Below, one piece after another: positions 10,525 through 19,771 of a DNA stretch of 57,269 nucleotides. Origin of the DNA: Planctomycetota bacterium (lineage in GTDB: Bacteria > Planctomycetota > JACQVX01); contig JACQVX010000187.1 in assembly GCA_016209495.1 (NCBI GenBank), forward strand, positions 1 through 57,269, written 5' to 3'. The notes below the pieces were generated by a model that was not told where the DNA came from, did not search any database, and saw only the letters and a list, made by a program, of their open reading frames with translations. The first letter of the stretch is position 1. Every line of letters starts with the position of its first letter. The position numbers and the translations under genes were made by a program.

Positions 10525-11172
10525 CTAGCGAGAGCGACGGCCGAGGCACTGGGCCAGGACGCGACCCCAGTCCGTGATGGGGTGCGAGGGGACGTAGACG
10601 ACGTCCCCCGGTTCCAGGGGCAGGTCCGGGGCCTCGCCCCGGAGGATGCGGTGCAGGTCGACGCGCAGGGCCTCCGGCCGCTCGCCGTCCAGGCCACGCA
10701 GGACGCGCAGGTCCGATCGGTAGGCGGTGTGGGGGACCAGGTCCCCCGCGCGGGCCAGGAGGGCCAGGAGGGTGTCCGCCTCGTGCCAGGGATAGTCGCC
10801 GGGACGGGCCACCTCGCCGAGGGCGCGCACCCGAAGACTGGCCGGCCGCTCGAGGGTCACCGTCACCTGGGGGCGTCGCAGGTACTCCTCCAGGAGCCGC
10901 TGGAGGAGCTTCCGGGTCTCCGGGATCGTGAGGCCGGCCACCTTCAGGTCCCCCACCAGCGGGTAGCTGATGCGGCCGTCGGGGCGCACGACGAGGTCGC
11001 GGAGGAGTTCCTCCTCGCGCCACACGGAGACCTGGATGCGGTCGCCCGGGCCCAGGACCACGGGCGTGACGGGGCGATCGGCGGGGGCGTCCCAGTCGGT
11101 CACGGCCTCGGGGGTCGCGCAGCTGGCGACGAGGCCGAGGAGGAAGGCGGGCCAGGACGCGAGGCGTCTCAC
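10525..11172 (-). CDS. polysaccharide export outer-membrane lipoprotein (Wza-like; Poly_export + SLBB)
   Basis: Lipobox LLGLVASC. VLGPGDRIQVSVW..VRPDGRISYPLVGDLKVAGLT is typical of the Poly_export domain. The C-terminal LEPGDVVYVP is SLBB-like. The start overlaps the upstream stop (4 nt). Confidence 0.8.
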   Translation of the reverse strand: MRRLASWPAFLLGLVASCATPEAVTDWDAPADRPVTPVVLGPGDRIQVSVWREEELLRDLVVRPDGRISYPLVGDLKVAGLTIPETRKLLQRLLEEYLRRPQVTVTLERPASLRVRALGEVARPGDYPWHEADTLLALLARAGDLVPHTAYRSDLRVLRGLDGERPEALRVDLHRILRGEAPDLPLEPGDVVYVPSHPITDWGRVLAQCLGRRSR

Positions 11173-13154
11173 GGACCACCGCCGATGGGGATCCCCGCGC
11201 CGCCGCCGCGCAGGGCCAGGCCAAGGAGGTGCGCCCCCGATTCCGCCAGCCGCACGGCCGCCTCCTCCAGGGATCGAGAGGGGGTGCGGTCGTGGACCCC
11301 CAGGAGGACCAGGCCCCCGGCGCCCCCCGCGAGGCGCGCCGCATCACCCGTGGACAGGACGGAGGGGCCGTCCAGGATCACGAGGTCGAAGACCTCCTCG
11401 AGCCTGCGGAGGGCATCGACCATGCGCTGGGATCCCAGGAGCCGCGAGCTGTGCTCCATCGCGGCCCCGGCGGTGAGGAGGTGCACGCCCTCGACCGCGG
11501 TGGACCGCACCACCTCGCGCAGCGTGGCTGCCCCGGTGAGGAATTCCGTGAGGCCTCGCGGGCGGACGGGGCCCCGCAGGAGCCGCTCCAGCGGCCTGGC
11601 ATCGCCCGCGCGGTCGCGCAGGTCGGCGCTCACCAGGAGGGTGCGGCGTCCGCGCAGCGCGGCCACCAGGGCCAGGTGGAGCGCCGCCGTGGTACGGCCC
11701 TCGCCGGGGAGGGCGCTCGCCAGGAGCACCGAGCGGCGGCCGCGGGCAACCAGGGCCTCCTCGATGGCCGCCGCCAGGGGCCGCCATGCGGTCAGGGCCT
11801 CGGCGGGAACCGGGAATCGGCCGGCCCGCGGGACCCTCCCCAGGACGTCCAGCCCCGTGAGGGCCGAGGCCTCGCCTGCCTCCATGAGCGGCCCCCGCCT
11901 CGTCCGCCGCCACGTCACCGCCGCCGCCAGGATGCCTCCCAGGACGGCACCGCCGAGGAGGGAGGGGCCGAGGGGGGGTGTCAGCCCCCGCGCCCCCCGG
12001 GGCTCGCGGGCCCACTCCAGCGCGCCTTCCACGGGCTCCTCCGCGGGCGACAGCCTTGCCAGGGTCGAGCGGACGGCCGCGACCTCGGCCTCCCGCTCGG
12101 CCCGCTCCGCCTCCAGGGCCTCCCCCTCGGCGTGGAGCCGGGGCATCTCCCCCAGGCGTTCCTCCAGGGACTGCCGGGCGTGGCGATAGGCCGCGGTCCG
12201 GGCCCGATGGGCCACGACCTCGGCCTGCAGCCCCGCGCGGCGCACCAGGAGGTCCTGTCGCACGGGGTTCTCTCGCCAGCTCATGTCGGCGGCCTCGGTT
12301 CGCCCTTGCCCCGCCTCCGCCAGGAGGTCCTGGAGCGCGCGCAGTCGCTCCCGCTGGGTCCGGACCAGGGGGTAGTTCTCGGTGTAGCGCGAGAGGAGGC
12401 CCAGGAGCTCCACCTCCAGGCGGGCTGCCTCCTCCTGGCGGGGGTCGTGCGCCAGGGTCCGGACCGCCACCTCGCGGGGCTGGCTCTCCCACTCGGCGTT
12501 CAGCCGGACGATGGCCGCCTCGGCGGCCGCTGCGTCGAACGAGGCCTGCCGCTCGCGTGCCTCGATCTCCGCGTGGCGTCCCAGGAGGTCGGCCGTGACC
12601 TGCCCCAGGTCCGGGATCCGGTGCCGCTCACGCCATGCAGCCAGGGCCTCCCTCGCCTCCGCCGCTCGTGCCTCCACCTCCTTCCGCCGGGCGGAAACCT
12701 CGTCGCGCCGCCGTGAGAGGGCCTCCCCGCGCCACCGGAGGTCCCGGCCCTGGAGGATCTCCAGCCAGGCCTGGAGGACATCCACGCAGCGGACCGCATC
12801 GGTGTCCCGGGCGCGCAGGATCACCGAATCGCCGCCTCCGGGGAGGGCCTCGACCCGGCCGGCGAGGGGGACGGCGGAGTCCGGAGACAGGGCCTCGGCG
12901 ACCTCGGGGTCCAGGGCCTGCCGCGGGTCCAGGAACGGGGGAGGCGCCATCCCCGCGCGCGCTCGCACCTCGCCCTCGGCCTCGTAGCCCAGGGGGAGCA
13001 TCGCGAGGGCGCCTCCGAGCAGCGTCGAGGTCGCGACCACGGCCAGCGCCAGGGGGGCGTGGCGCGCCATGCGCGTGGGGTGAGGGCCGGGGGGCGGCGA
13101 CCGGGTCGCGAGGGGCAAGGGCGGGGCCGTGTCCGCCTGCGAGGGGGTGCCCAC
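11169..13154 (-). CDS. polysaccharide co-polymerase / Wzc-like protein with degenerate C-terminal BY-kinase (P-loop) domain
   Basis: N-terminal TM, long coiled-coil periplasmic region, second TM (LLGGAVLGGILAAAV), then a P-loop domain: SALPGEGRTTAAL (Walker A with Arg where Lys is expected), LLVSADLRD and LVILDGPSV. The GTG 13154 start is uncertain; ATG 13070 is the alternative. Confidence 0.75.
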   Translation of the reverse strand: MGTPSQADTAPPLPLATRSPPPGPHPTRMARHAPLALAVVATSTLLGGALAMLPLGYEAEGEVRARAGMAPPPFLDPRQALDPEVAEALSPDSAVPLAGRVEALPGGGDSVILRARDTDAVRCVDVLQAWLEILQGRDLRWRGEALSRRRDEVSARRKEVEARAAEAREALAAWRERHRIPDLGQVTADLLGRHAEIEARERQASFDAAAAEAAIVRLNAEWESQPREVAVRTLAHDPRQEEAARLEVELLGLLSRYTENYPLVRTQRERLRALQDLLAEAGQGRTEAADMSWRENPVRQDLLVRRAGLQAEVVAHRARTAAYRHARQSLEERLGEMPRLHAEGEALEAERAEREAEVAAVRSTLARLSPAEEPVEGALEWAREPRGARGLTPPLGPSLLGGAVLGGILAAAVTWRRTRRGPLMEAGEASALTGLDVLGRVPRAGRFPVPAEALTAWRPLAAAIEEALVARGRRSVLLASALPGEGRTTAALHLALVAALRGRRTLLVSADLRDRAGDARPLERLLRGPVRPRGLTEFLTGAATLREVVRSTAVEGVHLLTAGAAMEHSSRLLGSQRMVDALRRLEEVFDLVILDGPSVLSTGDAARLAGGAGGLVLLGVHDRTPSRSLEEAAVRLAESGAHLLGLALRGGGAGIPIGGGP

Positions 13155-13170
13155 GACCAGGGCCCTTGCC

Positions 13171-13671
13171 TCAGACCAAGGATTCGAGGGGACGCGCCAC
13201 CCGTTCGGTCGATCTCGCCAAGAGGCCGGCGAGCCTCGCGCGGAGGCGGGCGCCCGGGCCCCGACGGGGTGGAAGCCCGCGGAGCCTGGCGGCGGCCCAC
13301 AGCGCGCTCGAGCCGAGGATCGCGAGGAGGGGCCGGGGGGGGAGGGAAGGGACCCGCCCTACCACCGCGCCCGCGGGGAAGGCCGGATCGGCGGACAGTC
13401 GAGCGTCGCCCCGGGTCCAGACCTGGCGACGGGTGGCCCGGAGCACGCGGTGCAGCGTCCAGGTGCAACCCCTGGCGAGCACGACCACCTCGCCTGCCCG
13501 CGGGCGGTGGGTCCCCAGGGGCTCGACCCGGATCCGCCTGCCGTCGGCCACGGTGGGAACCATGCTGTCGCCCCGCACCCTGACCTCCACGGGCGTGCCG
13601 GCGCGGACGATCTCGTCCAGGGCGAGCCGTGCACGCAGGGCCGCGCGCCGGGGGCAGGGGGGGCGGCTCAA
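13171..13671 (-). CDS. S24/S26-type serine peptidase-like protein
   Basis: VRGDSMVPTVADG...AGEVVVL matches the GDSM(x)P nucleophile motif of LexA/signal-peptidase-like folds. TTG 13671 overlaps the upstream TGA. The longer track ORF to 13764 would overlap the upstream gene by about 100 nt. Confidence 0.55.
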   Translation of the reverse strand: MSRPPCPRRAALRARLALDEIVRAGTPVEVRVRGDSMVPTVADGRRIRVEPLGTHRPRAGEVVVLARGCTWTLHRVLRATRRQVWTRGDARLSADPAFPAGAVVGRVPSLPPRPLLAILGSSALWAAARLRGLPPRRGPGARLRARLAGLLARSTERVARPLESLV

Positions 13672-14519
13672 TCCCCCTCTCCTTCCACGTTGTCGATGAG
13701 GGTCTTCACGTCGCCGGTGAGGGCGTTGACCATGCGCAGGTTGGCCACCAGCTCCTGCAGCCACGTGGTCTCCTTGTGCGCGGCGAAGATGTAGTCCCCG
13801 TCCTGGACGGGGATGTTCTCGTCGAACTCCGCGTTCTCCAGGAAGTTCCTGAGGCTGGAGATGATGATGAGGTTCCGGTCGCCACGGCCTCGGCGGATGG
13901 TGGCGATCTGCTCCCAGTCAGAGCCGCCTTGGAAGACGCCGAAGGCCACATCGAAGAGCAGGTCGTTGCCGCGCAGCGGCACGACGGAGGTGGACCCGGC
14001 GCCGCCGGTGCTGATCTGGAAGGGGGCCGTGGCGGTGATGCCTATGACCGTGGCCCGCCCGGCCTCCACCGTGGGCTTGAACTCCGTCCCCTTCAGGTTC
14101 ACCACCACGGTGGGAGTCACGTAGTAGCGCCGCAGGCGCTCCACCACATCCTGTTTGAACTCGGCAATGGACCGCCCCGCGGCGGGCACCTCGCCGGCCA
14201 TGGGGAGGTCCACGGGTCCATCCGGGCGTATGCTCACCACCCAGCTCGCCGCCTTGTCGTCCACGACGGAGACCTCCAGCAGGTCCCCGGGCTTCAGGAA
14301 GTAGACCCGGTCCTCCCGGTCCCGCTTGAGGCTGCGGAGGACCTTCATGTACTCCGTCGCGTAGATGGCGATGGCCCTCCGCGGCTCCCTGAGGCTGCCG
14401 TCCTTGTTGATGTACTTGACGACCGCCGTGTGCGGGGTGGTCAGGCTCGTCCGGCAGCCGACGGCCGCGACGGGGACCGTGAGGGCGACGAGACCGAGGG
14501 CGGCGAGGCGGAGTCCCAT
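13668..14519 (-). CDS. polysaccharide export lipoprotein, second Wza-like paralog
   Basis: Lipobox VAAVGC. LKPGDLLEVSVV..IRPDGPVDLPMAGEVPAAGRSIAEFKQDV is Poly_export-like. VQDGDYIFA is SLBB-like. Confidence 0.7.
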   Translation of the reverse strand: MGLRLAALGLVALTVPVAAVGCRTSLTTPHTAVVKYINKDGSLREPRRAIAIYATEYMKVLRSLKRDREDRVYFLKPGDLLEVSVVDDKAASWVVSIRPDGPVDLPMAGEVPAAGRSIAEFKQDVVERLRRYYVTPTVVVNLKGTEFKPTVEAGRATVIGITATAPFQISTGGAGSTSVVPLRGNDLLFDVAFGVFQGGSDWEQIATIRRGRGDRNLIIISSLRNFLENAEFDENIPVQDGDYIFAAHKETTWLQELVANLRMVNALTGDVKTLIDNVEGEGD

Positions 14520-14593
14520 GGGGCTGACCTTCCTGCAGGGTTTATCGTCCCCACGGCCACCACCCCTTTAGCTCGACGGAGGGACCTCCCGGT

Positions 14594-14872
14594 TCAGGAC
14601 GTGGACTTCTGCCCCATGGCGTTCAGGGCCCGGGCGAGCCTGGACTGATCGCGCGCCACCTTGTTGGGGTGCAGGACCCCCTTCCTGCCCGCCTTCTGGA
14701 GCTTCTTCATGGCCCACCGGGCGTCGTCGCGCGCCTGCTGGGCGTTGCCGAACTCGATGGCCCGCTCCACCCGGCGGACCCAGGTGCGGACGGCGCTCTT
14801 GACGACGCGGTTGGCCGCCTTGTGCTTGACGCTCTGGCGCAGGGACTTCTTGGCGGCATGGGTGGTAGGCAT
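14594..14872 (-). CDS. rpsT: 30S ribosomal protein S20
   Basis: 92-aa basic protein MPTTHAAKKSLRQSVKHKAANRVVKSAVRT..., the characteristic S20 N-terminus. Confidence 0.9.
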   Translation of the reverse strand: MPTTHAAKKSLRQSVKHKAANRVVKSAVRTWVRRVERAIEFGNAQQARDDARWAMKKLQKAGRKGVLHPNKVARDQSRLARALNAMGQKSTS

Positions 14873-14895
14873 GGTTCGATTCTCCTAGGGATCCG

Positions 14896-16248
14896 CTACT
14901 TGCCGGACAACTCCTCGACCTTCTTGGCCACGTCGCGGAACTTGATATCCACCTCGTAGACCCGATTGAACTCTTCCAGGGCCTTCGCGCGGTCGCCCCG
15001 GGCCTCGTGGACCAGGCCGATCTCGAACGTGATGTCCTTCATCCGGCCGCCCATGCCCGTCTGGCCATCTCGGGCGGACTCGAGCTGTTTCAGGGCCGCG
15101 TCGAAGTTCCCCTTGGCCTTGAAGCACTGGGCCATGGCGACGCGGGCCTCCATGCCGTGCCGTGGGTCCCGGATGGCCTCCTGGAACTCGGCGATGGCGT
15201 CGTCGTACTGGCGGGCCCTCATCAGGAAACTCCCGTACCTGAACCGGATGTTCAGGTCCGTGGGATACTGGTCCGTGCGACGCCGGAAATCCTCGACCCC
15301 GAACTTCACCCACGCCGCGAGGGCCTCCTTCGCCTTCACCTGGTCGCCGGCCTTCTGGGCCTGCTTGGCGACGTTCTCGTAGTGCTTGAGCTTGACGTCC
15401 CCTAGCGAGTCGCTGGCGAAGTGGTCGTCGGGGGATACTTCCAGGGCCTTCTGATAGGCCGCCCCCGCGTTCTTGAGGTCGCCTCGCTTTTCGTAGACAT
15501 CCCCCAGATTGCGATAGAGCTTCGAGTTTCCGGGGGCCGCCTCGACGGCCTTCCTGGCGGCTTCGATGGCCCGATCAAAATCCTCGTCCGTCCGGAGGAT
15601 GTGCTGCTTGGCCTCGAGCTCCGAGGCCTTCTCCTTGTCCTTGATGACGTCCCGGTAGCTCCCCTCCCCCTCCGCATGGGCCTTGGTGATCTGGCTGGTG
15701 GCGCCGGCGGCCGCCAGGTCGCGGACGGCCTTGGCGGCCTCCGCGTCGGTGGGATTGACCTGACGGACCCGCTCGTAATAGTAGGACGCCTTTTTCAGGT
15801 CCCCGGTGGCCTGGTAGAGCCGTCCCAGGAAGCGGAGGGCGGTGAGGTGGTTCTTCTTCACCTGGAGCAGCCACTCGAACGTGGCGATGGCGCCCTCGTT
15901 GTAGCCCTCGCGGAAGAGCGCGCCTCCCAGCTTGGTCAGGGCCAGGGCATTGGCCGGGTCATGGACGAGGAACTGCTCCGCGGCGATGGCGCACTCCTCG
16001 TTCTTCTTGATCGCGCCGAACAGGAGGAGCTTGAAGAGGGGGCCGAGACCCTTCACGTACGCCATGGGGCCCCCGATGGCGGTCCCGTTCTCCTGGGCAT
16101 CCTTGATGACCGTCTCCCGGATTTGCTTGCGCGCCTCGACGTCGTTGGGGTCCAGCTGGAGGACTTGCTGGAAGAGGTCCACCGCGTAGTCGTAGTTGCG
16201 CTTCCGGAGCGCGTCCAGCGCCTTCTCGTGCAGCTTCTGGGTCTTCAT
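14896..16248 (-). CDS. TPR-repeat protein
   Basis: Repeated 34-aa TPR-like units (e.g. YDYAVDLFQQVLQLDPN, AIATFEWLLQVKKNH, AGAAYQKALEVSPDD, AIAEFQEAIRDPRH). ATG 16248 (MKTQKLHEKAL) is preferred over the 15-codon extension. Confidence 0.8.
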   Translation of the reverse strand: MKTQKLHEKALDALRKRNYDYAVDLFQQVLQLDPNDVEARKQIRETVIKDAQENGTAIGGPMAYVKGLGPLFKLLLFGAIKKNEECAIAAEQFLVHDPANALALTKLGGALFREGYNEGAIATFEWLLQVKKNHLTALRFLGRLYQATGDLKKASYYYERVRQVNPTDAEAAKAVRDLAAAGATSQITKAHAEGEGSYRDVIKDKEKASELEAKQHILRTDEDFDRAIEAARKAVEAAPGNSKLYRNLGDVYEKRGDLKNAGAAYQKALEVSPDDHFASDSLGDVKLKHYENVAKQAQKAGDQVKAKEALAAWVKFGVEDFRRRTDQYPTDLNIRFRYGSFLMRARQYDDAIAEFQEAIRDPRHGMEARVAMAQCFKAKGNFDAALKQLESARDGQTGMGGRMKDITFEIGLVHEARGDRAKALEEFNRVYEVDIKFRDVAKKVEELSGK

Positions 16249-16406
16249 GCGATCGCGGGGGGACCTCGCGTGGCGGAAGGATAGTCCTGCCATTGCCGGT
16301 AGTCAACGCCTCCGCGTCCGGAGGGGGCGGACGACGCGAGGGCCAAAGGTCCCAGGCGGAACCCTGAGGCGTGGCCGGCCCACGCACTGGAACGACCAGG
16401 ACCCCA

Positions 16407-16415
16407 TGCTAGAAT
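16407..16415 (+). promoter_or_regulatory. candidate extended -10 promoter element (TGcTAGAAT) for def
   Basis: TGCTAGAAT lies in a locally AT-richer patch of the 187-nt divergent intergenic region. A GGAGG Shine-Dalgarno at 16425-16429 sits 6 nt before the def ATG 16436. Motif match only. Confidence 0.35.
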
Positions 16416-16435
16416 CCCGGGATTGGAGGGCGCGG

Positions 16436-16966
16436 ATGGAGATCGTGAAGTACCCGGACCCGGTGCTTCGCCGACGGGCGGAGGAGGTGGCGGTCATCGA
16501 TGAGGACCTGCGGGCGCGGGTCCAGGAGATGTTCCGGACCCTGTACGAGGCTCGCGGTCTGGGGCTGGCTGCCCCCCAGGTGGGGTGGGGCGTGCGCCTC
16601 TTCGTCGTCGGGATGACGGGGCAACCCGCTGGCGAGCGAGTCTTCGTCAACCCGGAGGTCGTAGAGGCCGAGGGGGAGGAGGAGGACGAGGAGGGCTGCC
16701 TCTCCTTCCCGGACATCCGGGCCCGCATCCTGCGGGCCTCCCGTGTGAAGGTAGTGGCCACGGGTCTGGATGGACGCGACTTCGAGGTGGAGGCCACCGG
16801 ATACGAGGCCCGATGCTACCAGCACGAGATGGACCACCTGGACGGCATCCTCTTCACGACGCGCATGCCGCCTGCGGAGCGCTCGCGCCACGGGGCGAGG
16901 ATCAAGACCATGGAAGAGGAGTATCGCGAGCGCGTCCGCGTGCGCGGAAGCGCGCAGCCCGCCTGA
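16436..16966 (+). CDS. def: peptide deformylase
   Basis: GLAAPQVG, EGCLSFP and HEMDHLDG, the three PDF motifs. ATG 16436 is preceded by GGAGG. Confidence 0.9.
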   Translation: MEIVKYPDPVLRRRAEEVAVIDEDLRARVQEMFRTLYEARGLGLAAPQVGWGVRLFVVGMTGQPAGERVFVNPEVVEAEGEEEDEEGCLSFPDIRARILRASRVKVVATGLDGRDFEVEATGYEARCYQHEMDHLDGILFTTRMPPAERSRHGARIKTMEEEYRERVRVRGSAQPA

Positions 16967-16972
16967 TCCTCC

Positions 16973-17941
16973 TTGAAGATTCACCGCGGGATCGATGGCC
17001 TGGCCCCCGGACAGTTCCGATCCCCCGTGCTCACCCTGGGGGTCTTCGACGGCGTCCATCGCGGTCATCAGCAAACCCTCCGCGCCGCCGTGACCTGGGC
17101 CCGGGAGCGTGGCGGGGAGGCCGTGGTGCTCACCTTCGACCGTCACCCCCTGGGCGTGATCCGTGGGTCGGAGCCGCCTACCATCTGCACCCTGGAGCAC
17201 CGGCTGGTGCTCATCGGCGACCTGGGCGTGGACCACTGCGTGGTCCTGCGCTTCGACGCCGCGTTGGCGGCCGTGGAGCCGGAGGACTTCGTGGAGAGGG
17301 TCTACGTGCGCGCCCTGGGCGCCCGGGGCGTGGTCATGGGCTTCGACAGCCGGTTCGGTCACAAGGGGCGCGGCGACGCGGCGCTCCTGGAGTCCCTGGG
17401 CAGGCGGGACGGTTTCGAGGTGCGCGTGGCGCGGCCGATCCAGGCGGAGGGCGGGGTGGTCTCCAGCACCGTGGTCCGGCGGGCCATCGTGCAGGGGGAC
17501 CTCGCCCGGGCCGCCTCGATGCTCGGGCGGTCCGTGGAACTCTACGGGGAGGTGGTGACGGGTGACCGCCGAGGTCGGCTGCTGGGGTTCCCCACGGCGA
17601 ATCTCGACCTGGGCCACGAGGCCCGGCCCCCCCGGGGCGTCTACGCCGCGACCGTGGGCCTGGACCAGGGGGAGTACGGGGCCGTGGTAAACATCGGGCG
17701 GCGTCCTACCTTCGAGCGGCAGGACGGGTCGGGCGCCATGCCCCCGGAAGACCTCGTGGAGGTGCACGTCCTGGACTTCGACGGGGACCTCTACGGGAGG
17801 AGCCTCCGGGTGCGATTCCTGGAGCGCCTCCGGGACGAGCGTCGCTTCGAGGGGCCCGAGGCCCTCGTGGCGCAGATCCGCCTCGACGTGGCCACCTTCC
17901 GTGTCCGGCACGGCGGCCGTCTGGCCGGAAAACCGGATTGA
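16973..17941 (+). CDS. ribF: bifunctional riboflavin kinase / FAD synthetase
   Basis: LTLGVFDGVHRGHQ at the N-terminus (FAD synthetase). The C-terminal riboflavin kinase part has GFPTANL and VHVLDFDGDLYG...RDERRF. TTG start. Confidence 0.9.
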   Translation: MKIHRGIDGLAPGQFRSPVLTLGVFDGVHRGHQQTLRAAVTWARERGGEAVVLTFDRHPLGVIRGSEPPTICTLEHRLVLIGDLGVDHCVVLRFDAALAAVEPEDFVERVYVRALGARGVVMGFDSRFGHKGRGDAALLESLGRRDGFEVRVARPIQAEGGVVSSTVVRRAIVQGDLARAASMLGRSVELYGEVVTGDRRGRLLGFPTANLDLGHEARPPRGVYAATVGLDQGEYGAVVNIGRRPTFERQDGSGAMPPEDLVEVHVLDFDGDLYGRSLRVRFLERLRDERRFEGPEALVAQIRLDVATFRVRHGGRLAGKPD

Positions 17942-17987
17942 CGGCCATGGAGGCCGGGCTACGATGGGACCCCTCCAGCCGGGACCT

Positions 17988-18063
17988 GCTCAGGTAGCTC
18001 AGTTGGTAGAGCAGGGGACTGAAAATCCCCGTGTCGCCGGTTCAACTCCGGCCCTGAGCACCA
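17988..18063 (+). tRNA. tRNA-Phe (anticodon GAA)
   Basis: GCTCAGGTAGCTCAGTTGGTAGAGCAGGGGACTGAAAATCCCCGTGTCGCCGGTTCAACTCCGGCCCTGAGCACCA. The 7-bp acceptor stem is GCTCAGG/CCTGAGC and the anticodon loop is CT-GAA-AA. It has the T-loop GGTTCAACTCC and an encoded CCA. Confidence 0.9.
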
Positions 18064-18075
18064 GACGACGGACGA

Positions 18076-18113
18076 CCTCCGGGGCGACGACCACGGAGGC
18101 CGTTGTGTCTGTT
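18076..18113 (+). terminator. possible intrinsic terminator after tRNA-Phe
   Basis: CCTCCG (18076-18081) pairs with CGGAGG (18094-18099), followed by a T-rich GTTGTGTCTGTT. The 12-nt loop is large, so this is weak. Confidence 0.2.
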
Positions 18114-18138
18114 GCCGCATTCGTGAGAGGCGACCCCC

Positions 18139-19749
18139 TTGCGACCCCCCCTTGCCGCCGCCCTGGCCGCATCGGTCCTCGCCCTGGCCGGCGGCGAGGC
18201 GGCGGGGCCGCCCGTATTCAGCCACCGTCGCCATTTCCAGGCCACCGGCGACGAGGGCTGCGCCCCTTGCCACGGCGCGGCGAGCCGGGGAGAGGGTCTG
18301 GGGGCGCTGACACGCCGGGCCGTGGCATCCTGCGCGGGTTGCCACGACGGGCGGACCGCCCTCCCGGTGGAGGTCCGCTCGGAGGCGCGGCGGGTGGAGG
18401 ACCCATTCCCCGGATTCCTCCACCACGACCACAGGGCCCACGACTGCGGCCGATGCCACACCCTGGACGGCGCCAGGGACCGCCATGGCGGCCCGGGCTC
18501 CCTGGCCTCCGCCTGCGGGACCTGCCATGCGGAGCACCCGGTGAGGCAGTACCCGGACGGGGCGCGGCGGTGCGGCGCCTGCCACAACTCCCGGTTCCTC
18601 CAGACCGGCGACACGGAGGGGCGGGTCTTCCTCCACACGGAGCACCTCTTCGCGCGGGGCGCCGCCACCGCCGCCGAGTGCGCCGCATGCCACGCCACCG
18701 CCGCCGAATCGGACACGGCGGGGTCCTCGCTGGCGCCCCTGGACGAAACCTCCTGCCACCGCTGCCACCGGGCCGAGGCGGGGGCCGCGGTCCAGGGGCC
18801 ATGGCCCGCCGACCCGCGTCCCTTCCACGCCCCCGATCGGACCTCCCGGTTGCCTGGATTCAGCCACCGGCAGCACCTCCGGACCCCGGGGGGCTGCCTG
18901 GCCTGCCACGTCCCCGGCGAGGACAGGCACTACGTCTACGCCCCTGCGGGCATGCCCCTCTACGCGGGCTGCGGGGGCTGCCACGCCGGATGGCTCTCGG
19001 AGGTGGACGAGCATGGGCTCGGGGGCCGCGCCTGCTCGGTCTGTCATGGTCCCGATGGCGTGATCCCCCCGACCGTGAGCCTGGGACGGGTCGCCGTGGC
19101 CGGCTCCTCCTTCGGCACCGTGGCCCACCCCTTCGACCCGGAGGCCCACTCCCTGGGCCGGCCGTGCGAGCGGTGCCACCGGAGGCCTCCCGCCTCCACC
19201 CCGTCCCGCATCCGGAACGAGCGGTTCCGGCACGACGCGCACCTCCCGGCCGCCCTCCCGCCGGACCATGGAGACGAGGCCTGCCTGGGATGCCACCGGG
19301 CAGCCGCCTCGTCGGACGCGCCCGTAGACGAGCACGGGGCGCTCCTCGCGACCTGCAAGGCCTGCCACCCGGCGGGGGAGACGCCGCCGGTCCACCGCAC
19401 GGTGGCCCGCGCCGTCGCAGCCGTGGCCTTCTCCCACGTGGACCACCGAGGGCGGCCCTGTTCGGCCTGCCACGTCCTGGACGTGGCGCGCGGGCCCGCC
19501 TACGCGCCCGGCGTCCTGGATTGCGGGGGCTGCCACCTGGGCCACGCCGCGGTGGACCTGGGTCGCAGGCGCGCCTGCATGCGCTGTCATTCGGGGCGCG
19601 ACCTATACGGGGCGAGGGAGCCGCAGCCCGCGGTGGAACTCGATCTCCCCGCCACGGTCCACGACCTTTCGGGCGAGTGCCTCCCCTGCCACGGGCCTCC
19701 CGTCCCCGCGGAGGTCCCGGTCGTGACCCGATCGGGGGCGGGGCCGTGA
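18139..19749 (+). CDS. periplasmic multiheme c-type cytochrome (17 CxxCH motifs, c7/c3-like repeats)
   Basis: Signal peptide MRPPLAAALAASVLALAGGEAAG. I count 17 CxxCH motifs in the translation. They are interleaved with F-x-H-x-x-H motifs (FSHRRH, FLHHDH, FLHTEH, FSHRQH, FRHDAH, FSHVDH) as in polymerised c7-type domains. TTG start. Confidence 0.85.
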   Translation: MRPPLAAALAASVLALAGGEAAGPPVFSHRRHFQATGDEGCAPCHGAASRGEGLGALTRRAVASCAGCHDGRTALPVEVRSEARRVEDPFPGFLHHDHRAHDCGRCHTLDGARDRHGGPGSLASACGTCHAEHPVRQYPDGARRCGACHNSRFLQTGDTEGRVFLHTEHLFARGAATAAECAACHATAAESDTAGSSLAPLDETSCHRCHRAEAGAAVQGPWPADPRPFHAPDRTSRLPGFSHRQHLRTPGGCLACHVPGEDRHYVYAPAGMPLYAGCGGCHAGWLSEVDEHGLGGRACSVCHGPDGVIPPTVSLGRVAVAGSSFGTVAHPFDPEAHSLGRPCERCHRRPPASTPSRIRNERFRHDAHLPAALPPDHGDEACLGCHRAAASSDAPVDEHGALLATCKACHPAGETPPVHRTVARAVAAVAFSHVDHRGRPCSACHVLDVARGPAYAPGVLDCGGCHLGHAAVDLGRRRACMRCHSGRDLYGAREPQPAVELDLPATVHDLSGECLPCHGPPVPAEVPVVTRSGAGP

Positions 19750-19771
19750 GCACCCGACCCGGGGGAGGGCC

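Noticed and set aside
17988-18138. tRNA-Phe as an integration site marking the cytochrome operon as a genomic island
   Set aside because: There is no integrase, excisionase or transposase gene. I could find no direct repeat of the tRNA 3' end downstream. GC content and codon bias of the downstream genes look the same as the flanks.
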